Source: Octopus vulgaris (Eukaryota). From it: 64,000 nt of DNA. The translations under genes were made by a program, and so were the position numbers. The notes under the pieces are model-generated. The model was not told where the DNA came from. It searched no databases and worked only from the letters and a program-made list of their open reading frames with translations. Numbering within the stretch: the first letter of the stretch is position 1; every line of letters begins with the position of its first letter. The stretch lies in assembly GCA_951406725.2 (NCBI GenBank), contig OX597816.1, forward strand, positions 59,768,001-59,832,000, given 5' to 3'. This document shows positions 1-12,526 of this stretch, piece by piece.

Positions 1-225
1 TCAAAAGAAGGGAATGTGTATACAGGTTGGTTGGGCTAAACTTGATGACTTTTTACGTCTTCTTTTTACAAGAACAGCTTGGTGCATTGGTGAACTGTCA
101 ACAGCATTGGCGAGCATGACGATTAAAGTTGTACAGTTCTATATTTAAGAGATGAGGAATTATGTACATTTGATGGATATTTGTCTTCATCTTGTTTGTT
201 AACACGTTTCAGCTGATATACCTGT

Positions 226-450
226 CATATCTCTCAACTTGTCTTTCTTCCTTATTGCATACCTTGTTGTCAGCTGGGCATGCTATATCTATGATCCAGC
301 ATAGTTTGTTCTCTTTCTCAATTAAGACTATGTCTGGCTTCCTATTCTCTATCTCATGGTTGGACTGAATCATGAAATCCTATAGGATCTTTGCATTTTT
401 ATTTTCGACAATGCCTTCGGGTTTATGGTCTGCACTCTTAACCACTATGC
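226..450 (-). mobile_element. R4/Dong/NeSL-like non-LTR retrotransposon fragment (restriction-like endonuclease)
   Basis: Minus strand reads HKPEGIVENKNAKIL*DFMIQSNHEIENRKPDIVLIEKENKLCWIIDIACPADNKVCNKEERQVERY, the RKPD...D...K RLE motif. Confidence 0.8.
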
Positions 451-892
451 CATATGCCATATGCTCTGAATAATGTGGTTGGGAGACGAGTTCCTTAACC
501 CTACATCCATCCCTGTGCCCAAGCAATCCTAAACACATTCCCATCAACATTAAGTAGGGGTTTCTAAGTAAAAACAATATTTGTTGGTCTGGGTTCACCT
601 GCCTGAACACACCCCTTCTTCTAGAATGACTTCCTGTTTAAAGGTGATCTCAATTTAAACCTTCCATTAAAATTTCATGTTAATTAGTTCTTTGCACCAT
701 CTTAATGATGACAATAGCGATAATAATTTGGTGTGCTAATTCACTAAATCCCTTATTTACAAAATTAATTGAAAGAGAAATGGACTAAGGTAACCTGTTA
801 AACCAGCTCAACACTAATGATAACAAAACTTAGTTTTAACTAATATCTTTTCTCGTCTTGGTACAAGGTCTGGACCTCTACCATCATCATCT

Positions 893-1124
893 GTTTCTTT
901 ACTACCCACAAGGGACTAAACATAGAGGGGACAAACAAGGATAGACAAAGGTATTAAGTCGATTACATCGACTCCAATGCGCAACTGGTACTTAATTTAT
1001 CGACCCCGAAAGGATGAAAGGCAAAGTCGACCTCGGCGGAATTTGAACTCAGAATGTAGCGACAGACGAAATACAGCTACGCATTTCGCCTGGCGTGCTA
1101 ACGGTTCTGCCAGCTCGCCGCCTT
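893..1124 (-). mobile_element. tRNA-derived SINE family A (central GACTTTGCCTTTCATCCTTTCGGGGTCGATAAATTAAGTACCAG, Meta/Sauria-like domain)
   Basis: Near-complete copy. Related copies at 2879-3100(+), 6826-7015(+), 7850-8060(+), 20305-20515(-). Confidence 0.8.
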
Positions 1125-1204
1125 ACCACCATCATCATCATCATCATTGCTTGCTGTCCATGTTCCATACTGTGATGGGCTGGACAGTTTATAACTATAA
1201 TAAT

Positions 1205-2030
1205 AATAATAAAATTGTGTATTGTGCTCAGGTGCACAACTCATCAAAGGTGTATATACAGTAAATAGAATTATGTACAAAAGTCAGGAAAGTGAACAGT
1301 GTATAAGTCATGATACACATGCGAGCATGCTTATGGAGTGGGTGGGGAGATATCAGGTGTAGTGTTGGTGAATTTCAGGAAGCATTGAGGTTTTGAAGGA
1401 TGCAATATCTCAGCAACTAACAACTTATGCAGGTAGTTTGTTCCGTGCTTCAGCAACTCTGAGTGTAAAAAAATGTTTCGGAGAGTCATGGGAGCTGTGC
1501 TGTTTTCCGACTTTGTAGGAGGCATGCCCACGTGTGTTAGACAAATAGAGCTGAAAAAGGTGCTCAAGGTGGTTGTTGGCACGATGGTTAACAATTTTGT
1601 AGGTGTTTACCAAGTCTGTTATCAGGCATCAGAGCTTCAGTGTATTTATCATCTTATATGGATTGGATGAAGCAAGGTGTTCAGAGTATGGTAGATGCCT
1701 GATGGAGGGTATTCGCTTTGTTGCACGTCTTTGAACAGTTTCCTGGAGGTCAATATCCCGAGCAAGATAGGGGTTCCAGACTGATGATGCAAATTCCAAG
1801 TATGGCCACACCATAGCCATATACAGCCTTGAATAGATCGCTGGAGAGTGGCAGACAAAGTCTCTTGTTGAGTGATGCCAAGACACCCTCGTCCTTCTTG
1901 ACTATTTTAAAGATGGGCTTTGTGCAGTGCAAATCACTGTGGACAGTAATGGCCAGGTCACGTCCACATGAAAACATCTTGATACCAGTGTTGGTGAGAG
2001 AGTATGAGGATGCTGAGCTTGACAAGATCC
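1205..2030 (-). mobile_element. CR1/L2-like LINE, RT C-terminus and 3' end (decayed)
   Basis: PYLEFASSVWNPYLARDIDLQETVQRRATKRIPSIRHLPYSE and the TRGHASYKV...FFTLRVAEARNKLP motifs. Confidence 0.85.
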
Positions 2031-2584
2031 AATGGGTTCAAAGAATGCATCATGCTCCACTCATGTTTTGGCATGGTTTCTATGAGTGGATGCCCTTTCT
2101 GAAGCTAATTACTTTACAGAGTGTATTAGCGTGACTTTTTTTATGTTACCAACAACACTGTGGTTGTCATGTAGCTCACAAAACTAAGGTTCCTTTTGAC
2201 TGAGTGGAGCTAGAGATAGCTTTATGCTATGGGACATGAGGTAAAGTGAAGGGTATGCTATGGGACATGGGGTAGAGTGAGAGGAAAGGGGTCAAAACAT
2301 ATCGGGTGTCTTTGTGGGAGTGGCAATGGTGGAACAGGAATGAGATGAAAATAATGTTGATGTGGGTGCAGAGGGGACAGGAGAACAAGAAGTGTGTCGG
2401 AGTAATAATAATTAATACTTACCATTGTTTACTTTAATCAGATATTACATGGAAAACTCTAATATTGCTATTAAACAGGCAAGACATGTGGTGTCACTTC
2501 AAAGCATAGAATTTATAATTCAAACATTATTTCAGAATTTGTTAGAGTAAATAAGAGATCAGGAAGAAAAGTTGTATATAAAGT

Positions 2585-2677
2585 CCCTTACAGCTGTTTC
2601 TAGGATAGCTGTGCGTATGTCACATGTCATTGAGCAAAGATTTCCACATGAAAGTCAACTATACTGTCTTCAGAGGG
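2585..2677 (-). ncRNA. Type I hammerhead ribozyme-like motif (Penelope-type, long stem II)
   Basis: CCCT-CTGAAGA-[ATAGTTG...CAGCTAT stem]-GAAAC AGCT GTA-AGGG on the minus strand. Confidence 0.55.
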
Positions 2678-2878
2678 GAAGAGTTAAGGAATATCTTTAA
2701 TAAAGGACATTAGTCATTACCAGTTCCATTGTCAAAGAGAGAGAGGTAGATTATGAGGAACACAAGACAGTATAAAAGGAAGTGTTAAGTGCTTGAGAGT
2801 CAATAGGAGTAACTGATCTAGAGAAAGCTTTGGTGCCTGATGCATGACCCAAGTACGTGACTGGTATTAATTGAGTTA

Positions 2879-3100
2879 AGGCGGTGAGCTGGCAGAATCG
2901 TTAGCACGCCAGTGAAATGCTTAGCGGTATTTCGTCTGCCACTACGTTCTGAGTTCAAATTCTGCTGAGGTTGACTTTGCCATTCATTCTTTCGGGGTCG
3001 ATAAATTAAGTACCAGTTACGCACTGGGATCAATATAATCGACTTAATCCGTTTGTCCTCTCTGTGTTTAGCCCCTTGTGGGTAGTAAAGAAATAGGTAT
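2879..3100 (+). mobile_element. SINE family A copy
   Basis: Inverted homologue of 893-1124. Confidence 0.8.
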
Positions 3101-4064
3101 TAATTGAGTCACTTTTCAAGGAGGATAAATGGAAATTGGAAACCGCAGAGCAAGTTGACATCCATGTTCCAAGCTGGCCTGGTTTGACAGGCTGCCCATT
3201 CCAGTGCCTGTTTTAGCATTGTTTCTAGACTAGATGCACTTTCTATTGCCAACCGTTTTACAGCACAGTTGCTGGGTGCTTTTTCTCATTCCACTGGCAC
3301 CAGTGAGGTCACCATGCAGCTTGCAAGATTATGAACCCTAAGTGGGGAGGGAGAACTTTATGCTAAGAGAATAACGACTAGAGAAGGACTTGTGTGTGTG
3401 TGGGGGGGGGAGTCTTGGCATTGCATCATACAGAGTGATTCAAAAGTCACCATACATAGAAACAATTTATTTTTTTATTTTATAAGAAAAGTTTATTTTT
3501 TTTATTTAACAGGCTCTATGTGGTTGCCATTGTTTTGAATATACATTGCAATGCATTGCCTTTCAAATTCCCCCAAAGATAGAAATCAAGAGGGGTCAGA
3601 TCAGGGGATCTAGGGGATTTTATAAACTGTCTCTTATAAGAAAGAAAAATAAATCTTTCCTATGTATGGAGACTTTTGAATCACCCTGTAGTCGTAAGCA
3701 TGTGTCAGTATCTCATACAAGCAATGTCATTCATTTTGAGTCGTCTGTGAAAACACATCGAATCATGGATGGGGGGAAATATTTCCTCACTTGGAAACAG
3801 GTGAGGGATTAATATCTGACCATAGAAAATCTGTAGCAACAAATTCTGTCCAATCGATGCTAGCTTGAAAAACTGGACATTCAAATGGTGGTGATGTATG
3901 TGCCTGAGCATGTCTGTAAAATAATACCTTGATAAGTATTTGTCCAAATGGAGACACCTGGCTCTGTGGTTAAGGTGTTGGACACTTGGTCGTAAGATTG
4001 TAGTTTTGATTCCTGGACAAGGCAATGTGTTGTGTTCTTGACCAAAACACTTCATTTCACCCAC

Positions 4065-4322
4065 GGGCATATGGTGTAGTGATTAAGAGTGCAGGCTGCT
4101 AACTCCAAGATTCTGAGTTCGATTCCAAGCAGTGACCTGGTTAATAATATCGAAAAATACCTTAGGAATAAGAACCCAGGTTCGAAATTTCACCAAGACA
4201 CCTGATGAAGGCTGGAGGGTATATCAGCCAAAACATTGTGTTAACAACAAACAAGATGAGGACAAATATCCGTCAAATGTAAATAATGTACATAATTCCT
4301 CATCTCTTAAATATAGAACTAT
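4065..4322 (+). mobile_element. tRNA-headed SINE-like element carrying a decayed hammerhead motif, nested in another SINE
   Basis: A-box TGGTGTAGTGA and B-box GAGTTCGATTCC. CTGATGA-GGCTG/CAGCC-AAAAC at 4202-4234. The 3' part is also present inverted at about 135-222. Flanked by acttcatttcac / actttatttcat. Confidence 0.65.
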
Positions 4323-4509
4323 ACTTTATTTCATGTAGCTTCAGTCCACTCCGCTGGAAAAACTGAGTAATCGTGTGATGGACCGGTGTCCCGTCCAGGT
4401 TGGGGATATATACGCCATTGAAATCAGGAAACTGACCCTTATGAACCTGGGGCAAGGCTCAAGAAGGAAACATTTATGTATTTGTCCAACCCATGATAGC
4501 CTCATTGAA

Positions 4510-4815
4510 GGTGCATGGCTCAGTGGTTAGAGTGTCAGGCTTACGATCGTGAGGTTGTGAGTTCGAATCTCGCACCGGGCTGCGTGTTGTGTTCTTTATT
4601 TCATGTTGCTCCAGTTCACTCAGCTGTAGAGATGAGTTGCGACATCACTGGTGCCAAGCTGTATCCGCCTTTGATAACATCAGTGGTGTGGAGGAGGGAG
4701 GCTGGTATGCATGGGTGACTGCTGGTCTTCCATAAACAACCTTGCCCGGACTTGTGCCTGTGAGGGTAACTTTCGAGGTGCAATCCTATGGTTAGTCATT
4801 TCCGAAGGGGGTCTC
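4510..4815 (+). mobile_element. tRNA-derived SINE family C
   Basis: TGGCTCAGTGGTTAGAG A-box and GAGTTCGAATC B-box followed by a gttgctccagttcactcagctg body. Relatives at 3950-4470, 14665-14885, 21765-21985, 36160-36450. Confidence 0.75.
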
Positions 4816-5939
4816 AGCAGATAACCTCAGAAAGAGGACATAAAACCAACATCTTGAATGAAGCCCTTTTGACTCCTTAATCTACAGACTATTAATGTCT
4901 GTTGATCCCATTCCATAATCATAATGGTTTTTAATTTTAGACACAAGGCCTGCAATTTTGGGGTAGAGTTGATAACATCACCCAAAGTATGTAACTGATA
5001 CTTTACGCAGTTAAAGATGCATCTTTGAAAATGTGGTGGAGTCATGGTTGGAAGTTCTTTCATCATAGATATGCTGAATTCGTAATCAAAACACAATGAT
5101 ACTGGGAGCGGGGTGGGCTGGGTTTACTACATTTGACAATTTTGATAGTTCATTGTTTTGAATGGATTGAAAACCTTTTGTGATCCTGGAAGTATCCATG
5201 GGAACTTATTCCAAGTTTATTCAGGTCAGATCTCGAAGACTGTTTTAGGTGAAACCTACAGAAGGGCACATTTGTAGTGCTACCTCTGCTGCTGCTTCCA
5301 CTACTACTACTACTACTACATGCATTCAATGTCACCATCCAGAGAAAGGTCACTCATCTGCCCACTACAATATCTTGTCCACCAGCATGCTGTATCCTCT
5401 CACTTCTTTTCCTACTGTTACTACAATGGTCTCTGCTCTTTGGTACTAACTGGTCTTGTACCATCTCCACTCTGGCTCTTACTCTTTCATCTCCAATGTT
5501 ATGTGTAACTAGAAACCATGCCAAAACATGTGACTGGGGCCTGGTGCTGCTCTCTGGTTCGCCAACTCCTGTCAAATCGTCTAACATAGAAAATCTGTTA
5601 TATGGTAATGATGAGAGTCACCATCACTACACCATTAATGACTAAAACCAGTCCTTCCTCCCCAAATTGTCATCCTACTAGAAATACCTCCAAACTCACG
5701 TTTTTCTTGTAGTTGTCAACTGATGACAATTTCTGTAGAACATTAACAGTATCATTCTCACCCACCTTGGACAACCAGCAAAGACATTGGGCCTTGATTG
5801 TTCTGAAGATATACTTACAAAAACAAAAAATGAGTTATAGTACATGCTTACCTCCCTTGCTTTCTTGTTTTAAACATATTTCTTTTACTAATTTTCCATC
5901 CATCTTCTCTGCCTACAATTCTTGGAAGGGGAGTCGGGG

Positions 5940-7760
5940 GCAGGGTGTCAAGTCTTCAGATATCACTTTTGTGGGGTTCTGTCAGGAGCAATGGTCATTA
6001 CACTTTGTGGCTGGGTTCATAAGTATGACCATCTGATATGTCCTCCAACCATCTTCCACACATCTTGCCAATGAACATAACTCAGAGGAACCCCATTTCG
6101 GCCACTTGTATTCATGATCGCCCTTTCGGTCATTACCCAATATTCATGACCAGAGGCAAGGACAAGCATGAAAACCGAATTGAAGAAAGTAAGTTTGGCT
6201 TTTTTACCAACCTCTCTTCTTTTGAAGATGGAATGCTGGAATTGGCTCATTACTGAGCCAACACTTGTAATTCTAGCATCCAATTTAGCCTCCTGCTTCC
6301 CATCACTTGTGAATATGACCCTGAGATACTGAAACTTCTCCGTGTCTTGGTGATGTGTCACTAATATGCAGAGTGCGCACTGAGATGAGGTTCTCAAGAG
6401 GACCAATGTCTCAGTCATCAAAACACACATTCTCGTCCCTATTTTGCAGCACTCAAAACAATGAACCCATTGAAAGTATCCTTCTGATGGACCAAGTAGC
6501 ACCATGTTGTCTGCCGAGATCAGCCAAGTGTGATCCCACACTCGCTGATTGTGATACCACTTCCACAATGGCTGCACACATCAACCCACTTCATAAAAAA
6601 TTATGAAAAGGAGAGTTGACAATACACATCCCTAGCAAAATCCAACACCCACATTGAAAGGTTTTGACTTAGCACCATTTATCTGAATACGAACATCTGG
6701 GAATTGGTAAAGTGACTTCACAGCAACCAGAATTTGCCCGTTAATCCCAAACTCCTGCAAAACCCTCCACAGCATGTCTCAATGTCATATGCCTTTTTAA
6801 GGTCCATAAAGCAAGAGCACACCTCTTGGCAGAATTGTTAGCACGCTGGATGAAAATGGTTATGTTCTGAGTTCAAATTCTGCCGAGGCCAACTTTGCCT
6901 TTCATCCTTTTGGGGTCGATTAACTAAGTACCAGCTATGCACTGGAGTCAATGTAATCGACTTAATCCCCTAGTTTGTCCCCTCTATGTTTAGTCCCCTG
7001 TGGGCAATAAAGAAACAAATATTTCACATTTTCTTAAAGATTTACTATAAAGTAAATATCTGGTCAGTTGTGCTTTGACTATGATGGATGCCACACTGTT
7101 CTTCAGCAAACCTGGGTATGACAATTTCCCTATATCTTATTTCCAGACACCTAGCCGAAATTTTATCAGAGAGGCTCAACAAGGAGATCCCTCTATAAAT
7201 AGGGCACTCTCTCTTGTCTCCCTTGTTGTAAAAATTAGAATTATCATCTGACATTGTTGTTACTTTGATATCTTTCCAGAGGTCCAAGCCACCAGGCATT
7301 CACAAGTCAGCTAAAGGATACCTTCTCTATTTAAGACTCAGGTCAAATTCCATTCTCTCCAGCAGCCATATCTGAACACTTTAATTGCCTCTGTGACTTC
7401 AACCTCTGTAGGGTTAGTCTTCAACCTTGGATGCACCTCATGTCTATCAGAAGATTTTATCGTGACTGGATTTAGGAGACCAGCAAAATATTCTCTCCAC
7501 CTCCCAAACATGCTCTTCTCTGTAAAGAGAATCCCAACCAAGTTCTTAATTTTTGGAAGAGGGCTTCATGTTACAAAGACAGCAAATAGTTTGTCAGAAT
7601 ATTTTATTGACCAATCTAAAGCTAGTGTCCAGCTTCACCTCAAAGTCCTCCCATGACTTAGCCTTTGACATTTTTATTCGGTATACTGCCTGCACCAAAA
7701 AGGGAGACTTGTTTCCAAACCAAGCTTTGTAAGCTTCCTTCTTTGCCCACATGATATTTT
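5940..7760 (-). mobile_element. RTE-clade LINE ORF fragment (decayed RT), interrupted by a SINE
   Basis: FYNKGDKRECPIYRGISLLSLSDKISARCLE...FAEEQCG, SADNMVLL, EKFQYLRVIFTSDGKQE, with many frameshifts. Confidence 0.85.
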
Positions 7761-8460
7761 TAATTTTCTGATTAACCCATTAACTGTCAAATTTATTTAT
7801 TTATTGGCTTTGCCAGGTGACTTAGAAGTTAAAATAATATATAGTAAATTGGTGAGCTGGCAGAATCGTTAGCAAGCCGGGCGATATACTTAACGGTATT
7901 TTGTCTATCTTTATGTTCTGAGTTCAAATTCTGCTGAGGTCGGCTTTGCCTTTCATCCTTTTGGGGTCGATAAATTAAGCACTAGTTATGTACTGAGGGT
8001 CGATCTAATCGACTGGCCCCTTACCCCAAAATTTCAAGCCTTGTGCCTAGAGTAGAAAAGGATATATAGTATTTAAATTTTCATCATATGTGAATTATTT
8101 TGGAAATGATAAATTTTTCGGAAAGTCCCAAATGGGGATCACTAAAAAAAAAAAAAAAAAAAAAAAAGCGTATTTATCCTTTTCAATTCAATTGCAATAA
8201 CAAACAGTACGAGGGCCAATCAGGCGGTACTGGCATCGGCCACGCTTGAACAGTGCTTTTTATGTGCCACCGGCACGAGGGCGAGGCAGGCGACATTGGT
8301 AAATATTTTAAAACAAAAAAACATATCCATCGACTTATTGCAAAAAAAGAAACCCCTTCCACCCCTCCACCTCTAGTGTATTTTTTATTTTGCTTTATTT
8401 CATTTCATTTCCCCTACATTATTGTACCTTATTCTTTTTTCTATTTCTTATCATCTCCCT

Positions 8461-8740
8461 CCTTACTTATCCTGCTAACGGTGTTGCCCTGTTGTCTTAA
8501 CAAAATCTTAGGTAATGTTATCTGCTTGAATAAAAAATAAAATGGTCACGGCTGGGCTGCCCTTAAATATACACACGGCTAAATAAAGATAATTTTTTTT
8601 TTTAACCCTCCATAGGAAGGAATAAAAAAAAAGACCCGAGCGGACGTTAAAATATTTGCAAGAGTTGCTTCCCTTAAACTATTTCAGTCGTAAGGATGGC
8701 GTTTTACAAGGGAGGTAAATCTTGCAGCCATTTTCCACTA
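8461..8740 (-). promoter_or_regulatory. Candidate promoter or non-coding first exon of a neighbouring gene
   Basis: Repeat-free, CpG-retaining segment. YY1-like GCCATTTT (8727) and ATGGCG (8696), inverted AAGGGAGxTAA motif pair, minus-strand donor gtaagg at 8461-8466. Confidence 0.35.
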
Positions 8741-10440
8741 CAGTCATTATACTTTAATCTTCGAGGTTTACATATTTAGTCATTGTAATTCAGACGTATG
8801 AATGTTCGAAAATAGTCCAATTGTGACCATCTCGTCGTTTGATTCGTCTGATTAACTATAACTTTTGTATAAAAGTTATAGTTAATCTAAAAATCTCTGA
8901 TGCCTATAAGCCCAGGAATGACTGAAATGGTTTAGAAGCTCACTTAGCAACCTTGTCGATTTGGGTTCAGTCCCACTGTATGGCACCTTGGACAAGTGTC
9001 TTCCGATACAGTTTCCAAGATGACCAAAACCTTGTGAGTAGACTGGCGAGTCGGAAACTGAAAAAAAGACTGTTGTATATGTGCGTGTGTGTTTATAAGT
9101 CCTTTGGCATTTTGTCGTGCTTGAGAAAACCCATCAAACTGAGCAAAATTGCAGTCATACCAGTGTCACGCAAATTGGCACGTAAACGCAACCCGGTTTC
9201 GTGCAAATGGCACATAAAAGCACCCATTACACGCTCGAAATGGTTGGGGTTAGGAAGGGCATCCAGCTGTAGAAATAATGCCAAATCAGACTGGCGTCTG
9301 GTGCAGCCTTCCAGCGTACCAGCCCAGTCAAACCATTCAACCCATGCCAGCATGGACAACTGACGTAAGTAGCGGATTTTAAAAAAATGTACTCCGGTTA
9401 ATTCCTTTGATTAAAATTCCTCAACATGGTGCCACAGCATAATGAGTGAAATAATGTAAAATATATATATATATATAAGCTGATTAATATATTGTATATA
9501 CAAACATGGTAGATGGAAACTGTGCTGAAGCCTGTTGTATATTTTTTGTAGATTGTTGTACATCCATGAAAATATGAGTTGATACATTGTGCTAACAGTG
9601 AAAATATGTTAGTAATATCCCTTTTGCTATTATTGTGTTTGGAACATAAATTAACACAAAATTTAGAAGATAGGTTTTAATTTAAATCCCTTCAAAACAG
9701 GAAGCTTGTATCATAGAATCAGGGTTGGTATCAAAAGGGTTAAACGAACTCCTGTATTTGACTGGGACTTTGTTATAAACGAATGGAAAGTAAAGTTGAA
9801 CTCAGAATGTAGAGGTTTATAATCAAATACTGCAATGCTGCACTAATTCGACCATTCTTACTGGAAGAAAGTCTATCAATAATTAGGTTTGATAGTTTAT
9901 AGAAATACGTGAGAACTTTATAGAATGTCCAATCAATTATATTGGTCTCTGCTTGGTGTTGTTGAACTCTAGGCCATTCTGACCTACAATCAAAAGGATC
10001 CTTTTTGTAATGATTCTGCCTTATTTTATCCAGACATAGTCTACCCTGGACTACATTGTTCAATGTCTCCGTTTTTAACATAGCAGAGGATTGTTTAAGT
10101 GAGATTTGGTTGCTATTTCCAGCAAGTCAAATGACCATGTAGAGGCTCTCTCATTGGTTTAGTCTACTGATATTTTTTTATTTACCAAAAGGTAAAACTA
10201 TTGCTTCTGTTCATTATCAATTGATATCATTTATAATTTTCATGAGAAATGTTTATAACTGTTTCATATCTTATTTATCACATAGATCAGTAATACCACT
10301 TTAATAGCTAACAAATGATTTCATTATCTTGTATCTTCATTAGTAGGCAATTAGTGATATCAAAAGCCTAACGACTGATATAATTATTTTATATCTTCAA
10401 TACTAATAAGGGGTTCATAATAATGAAGGTTGCACATTAT

Positions 10441-11048
10441 GGTGGAGTGAGAATAAAAAATTGTGGAATTTGAAAATGCCTGAGGGCTAAAATGTTGCCA
10501 TATTTGATTCCTAAAAAAATGTAAAATTTTCGCTGAGATCAATCAAGTGCATTTTCTCCCTTAAGCTCCCTAAACTCCGAAAATGGGGTGTTTTCGTAAA
10601 CATTTTATGATAGTGTTGTTTGGGTAGATTTGAGGGAGTAAATGCATTTTTCTAGTAATAGATTTTAGACCTCAGGCCTTTTCAATTTGCACTCCATCCT
10701 AGATTACACAATCTATATACCCACACATATGTCTTGGTGGAGTGAAAATAAAAGTTGTAGAAATTGAAAATACCTGAGGCTTAAAATCTTGTGTATAATT
10801 ATTACTAGAAAAATGCAAAATTTTTGCTTAGATCAGTCAAGGGCACTTATTCCCTCAAAACCCACCAAACTCTGCTACTATAAAAAAATTTACAAAAGTC
10901 CCCCATTTTTCGGAGTTTAGGGGATTTGAGAGAGTAAATACCTTTAATTGATCTCAGCCAAAATTTATAATTTTTCTAGTAATCAAATATAGCAGCATTT
11001 TAGCCCTCATGAATTTTCAATTTCCACATTTTTTATTTTCACTCCACA
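10441..11048. mobile_element. Two tandem palindromic MITE-like units
   Basis: GTGGAGTGAGAATAAAAAATTGTGGAATTTGAAAAT... at 10441 and again near 10737. Reverse-complement arms end near 10697 and at 11048 (...ttttttattttcactccac). Confidence 0.75.
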
Positions 11049-12115
11049 GTACTGCACATTGGCCTCATGGGCGCTGGTGCCATGATAAAAGCACCCAGCA
11101 CACTCTAAATTGATTGGTTTTGGAAAGAGTAAGGAATTATTGAAATCCTGCCAAAGCAGACACTGCTGGAACATGGTGCAGTTCTCTACTCTGTTGCACA
11201 ACACATTTCTCTGATTTGTCAGTGTCTGTCAAAGTGTCCAATACATTCCCCATGTATTTTCAGAGAGGACATGGATGTTAAATGATGATGATAATGACGG
11301 TGGTGGTGATGATAAGGATGGTTCTTTCTGTCAGTCTTTTCTTGCCAACTTCTGAATGACAGGAACATAAACAAACCATCACTGGTTATTAAGCAGTGAG
11401 AAACAAGACATACACACATACATTGAGCTTTCTCACAGCTTCTGTCATCCAAATTCACTGAATCAGCATTGGCCAGCCTGGGGTTATAGTAGAAGACACA
11501 GGCCCTGGGTGTCACACAATAAAACTGATTCTAAAATCAGACGGTTGCCAAGTAAAATTCTGAACCACACAGCCAAAGCTGCACATTTATCAATGACATC
11601 AATAAAATAAAAACTGAAGACTAACATATCTCTAACCCTAAACATAATCTAGCAAGAGGGTTACCCCTGTCTCTCTAATCTCTCAGCTGAGAGGTCCTTG
11701 TCTTGTGAGCTTTGCATGTGCTGGTTCACATAAAAAACCCACCCATGCCAGTGCCAGGTATAAAGCACTGGTGCTGGTTCCACATAGAAAGCACCCAGTA
11801 CATGCTGTAAAGTGGTTGGTGTTAGGAAGGGCATCAGCTGTAGAAACCATGTCAAAGCTGACAACTGGAGCCGGGTGCAGCTCTCTGGCTTACTTGCTCC
11901 TGTTAAACCCCACAGTGAAAACTAAGTTTTCAAAAATTAATGTTAACCCTTTAACATTTAAACTGGTCATATCAGGTGCAAATGTTCTGTTTTATGTTGT
12001 TCCTGGTCAGATCTGGCCCCCCACACTCACCTTACAATATCATTCTAAAAACTAAACAGTCACATCATTGAAGGCTTGAAAGCTAGAAGATAATGCATGA
12101 TTAATTAAAAACAAT

Positions 12116-12526
12116 GTGATAATGCTAATAAAATAGCATGAACAGGATAAATTATCCATACATTGCATAAAAATACATTACCAGCCAGCCATGAGACTCA
12201 AACTCACATCCCTGTGATTACACGGCAAGTGCTTTACCATTAAGCTAAACTGCCCAGTAATGAATTCTTCTGCAATTTTAGAACTTATAAATTTAGCTTC
12301 TTAGAGACTAACGTTAAATTCAACTTACGATGAAAGTAAACAAAGTTTGGTTTAGAAGCATTGAGATGTACTGAAAGATACAGAAATAATTTTTTTTAAT
12401 TCTCAAATGCGTGATAATGCCAATAAATAGTGTGAACAGGATAAATTCTCCATATATTGCAGAAAAATACATTACTGACCAAATGCTTCTAAAACAAACT
12501 TTGTTTGTTTTCATCCTAAGTTGAAT
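12116..12526 (-). repeat. Repeat family with tRNA-like core and split direct and inverted repeats
   Basis: tRNA-like segment 12185-12255(-). Direct repeats near 12116-12182 and 12411-12477. Inverted repeats 12318-12362 / 12482-12526. Homologous to 29460-30231. Confidence 0.6.
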
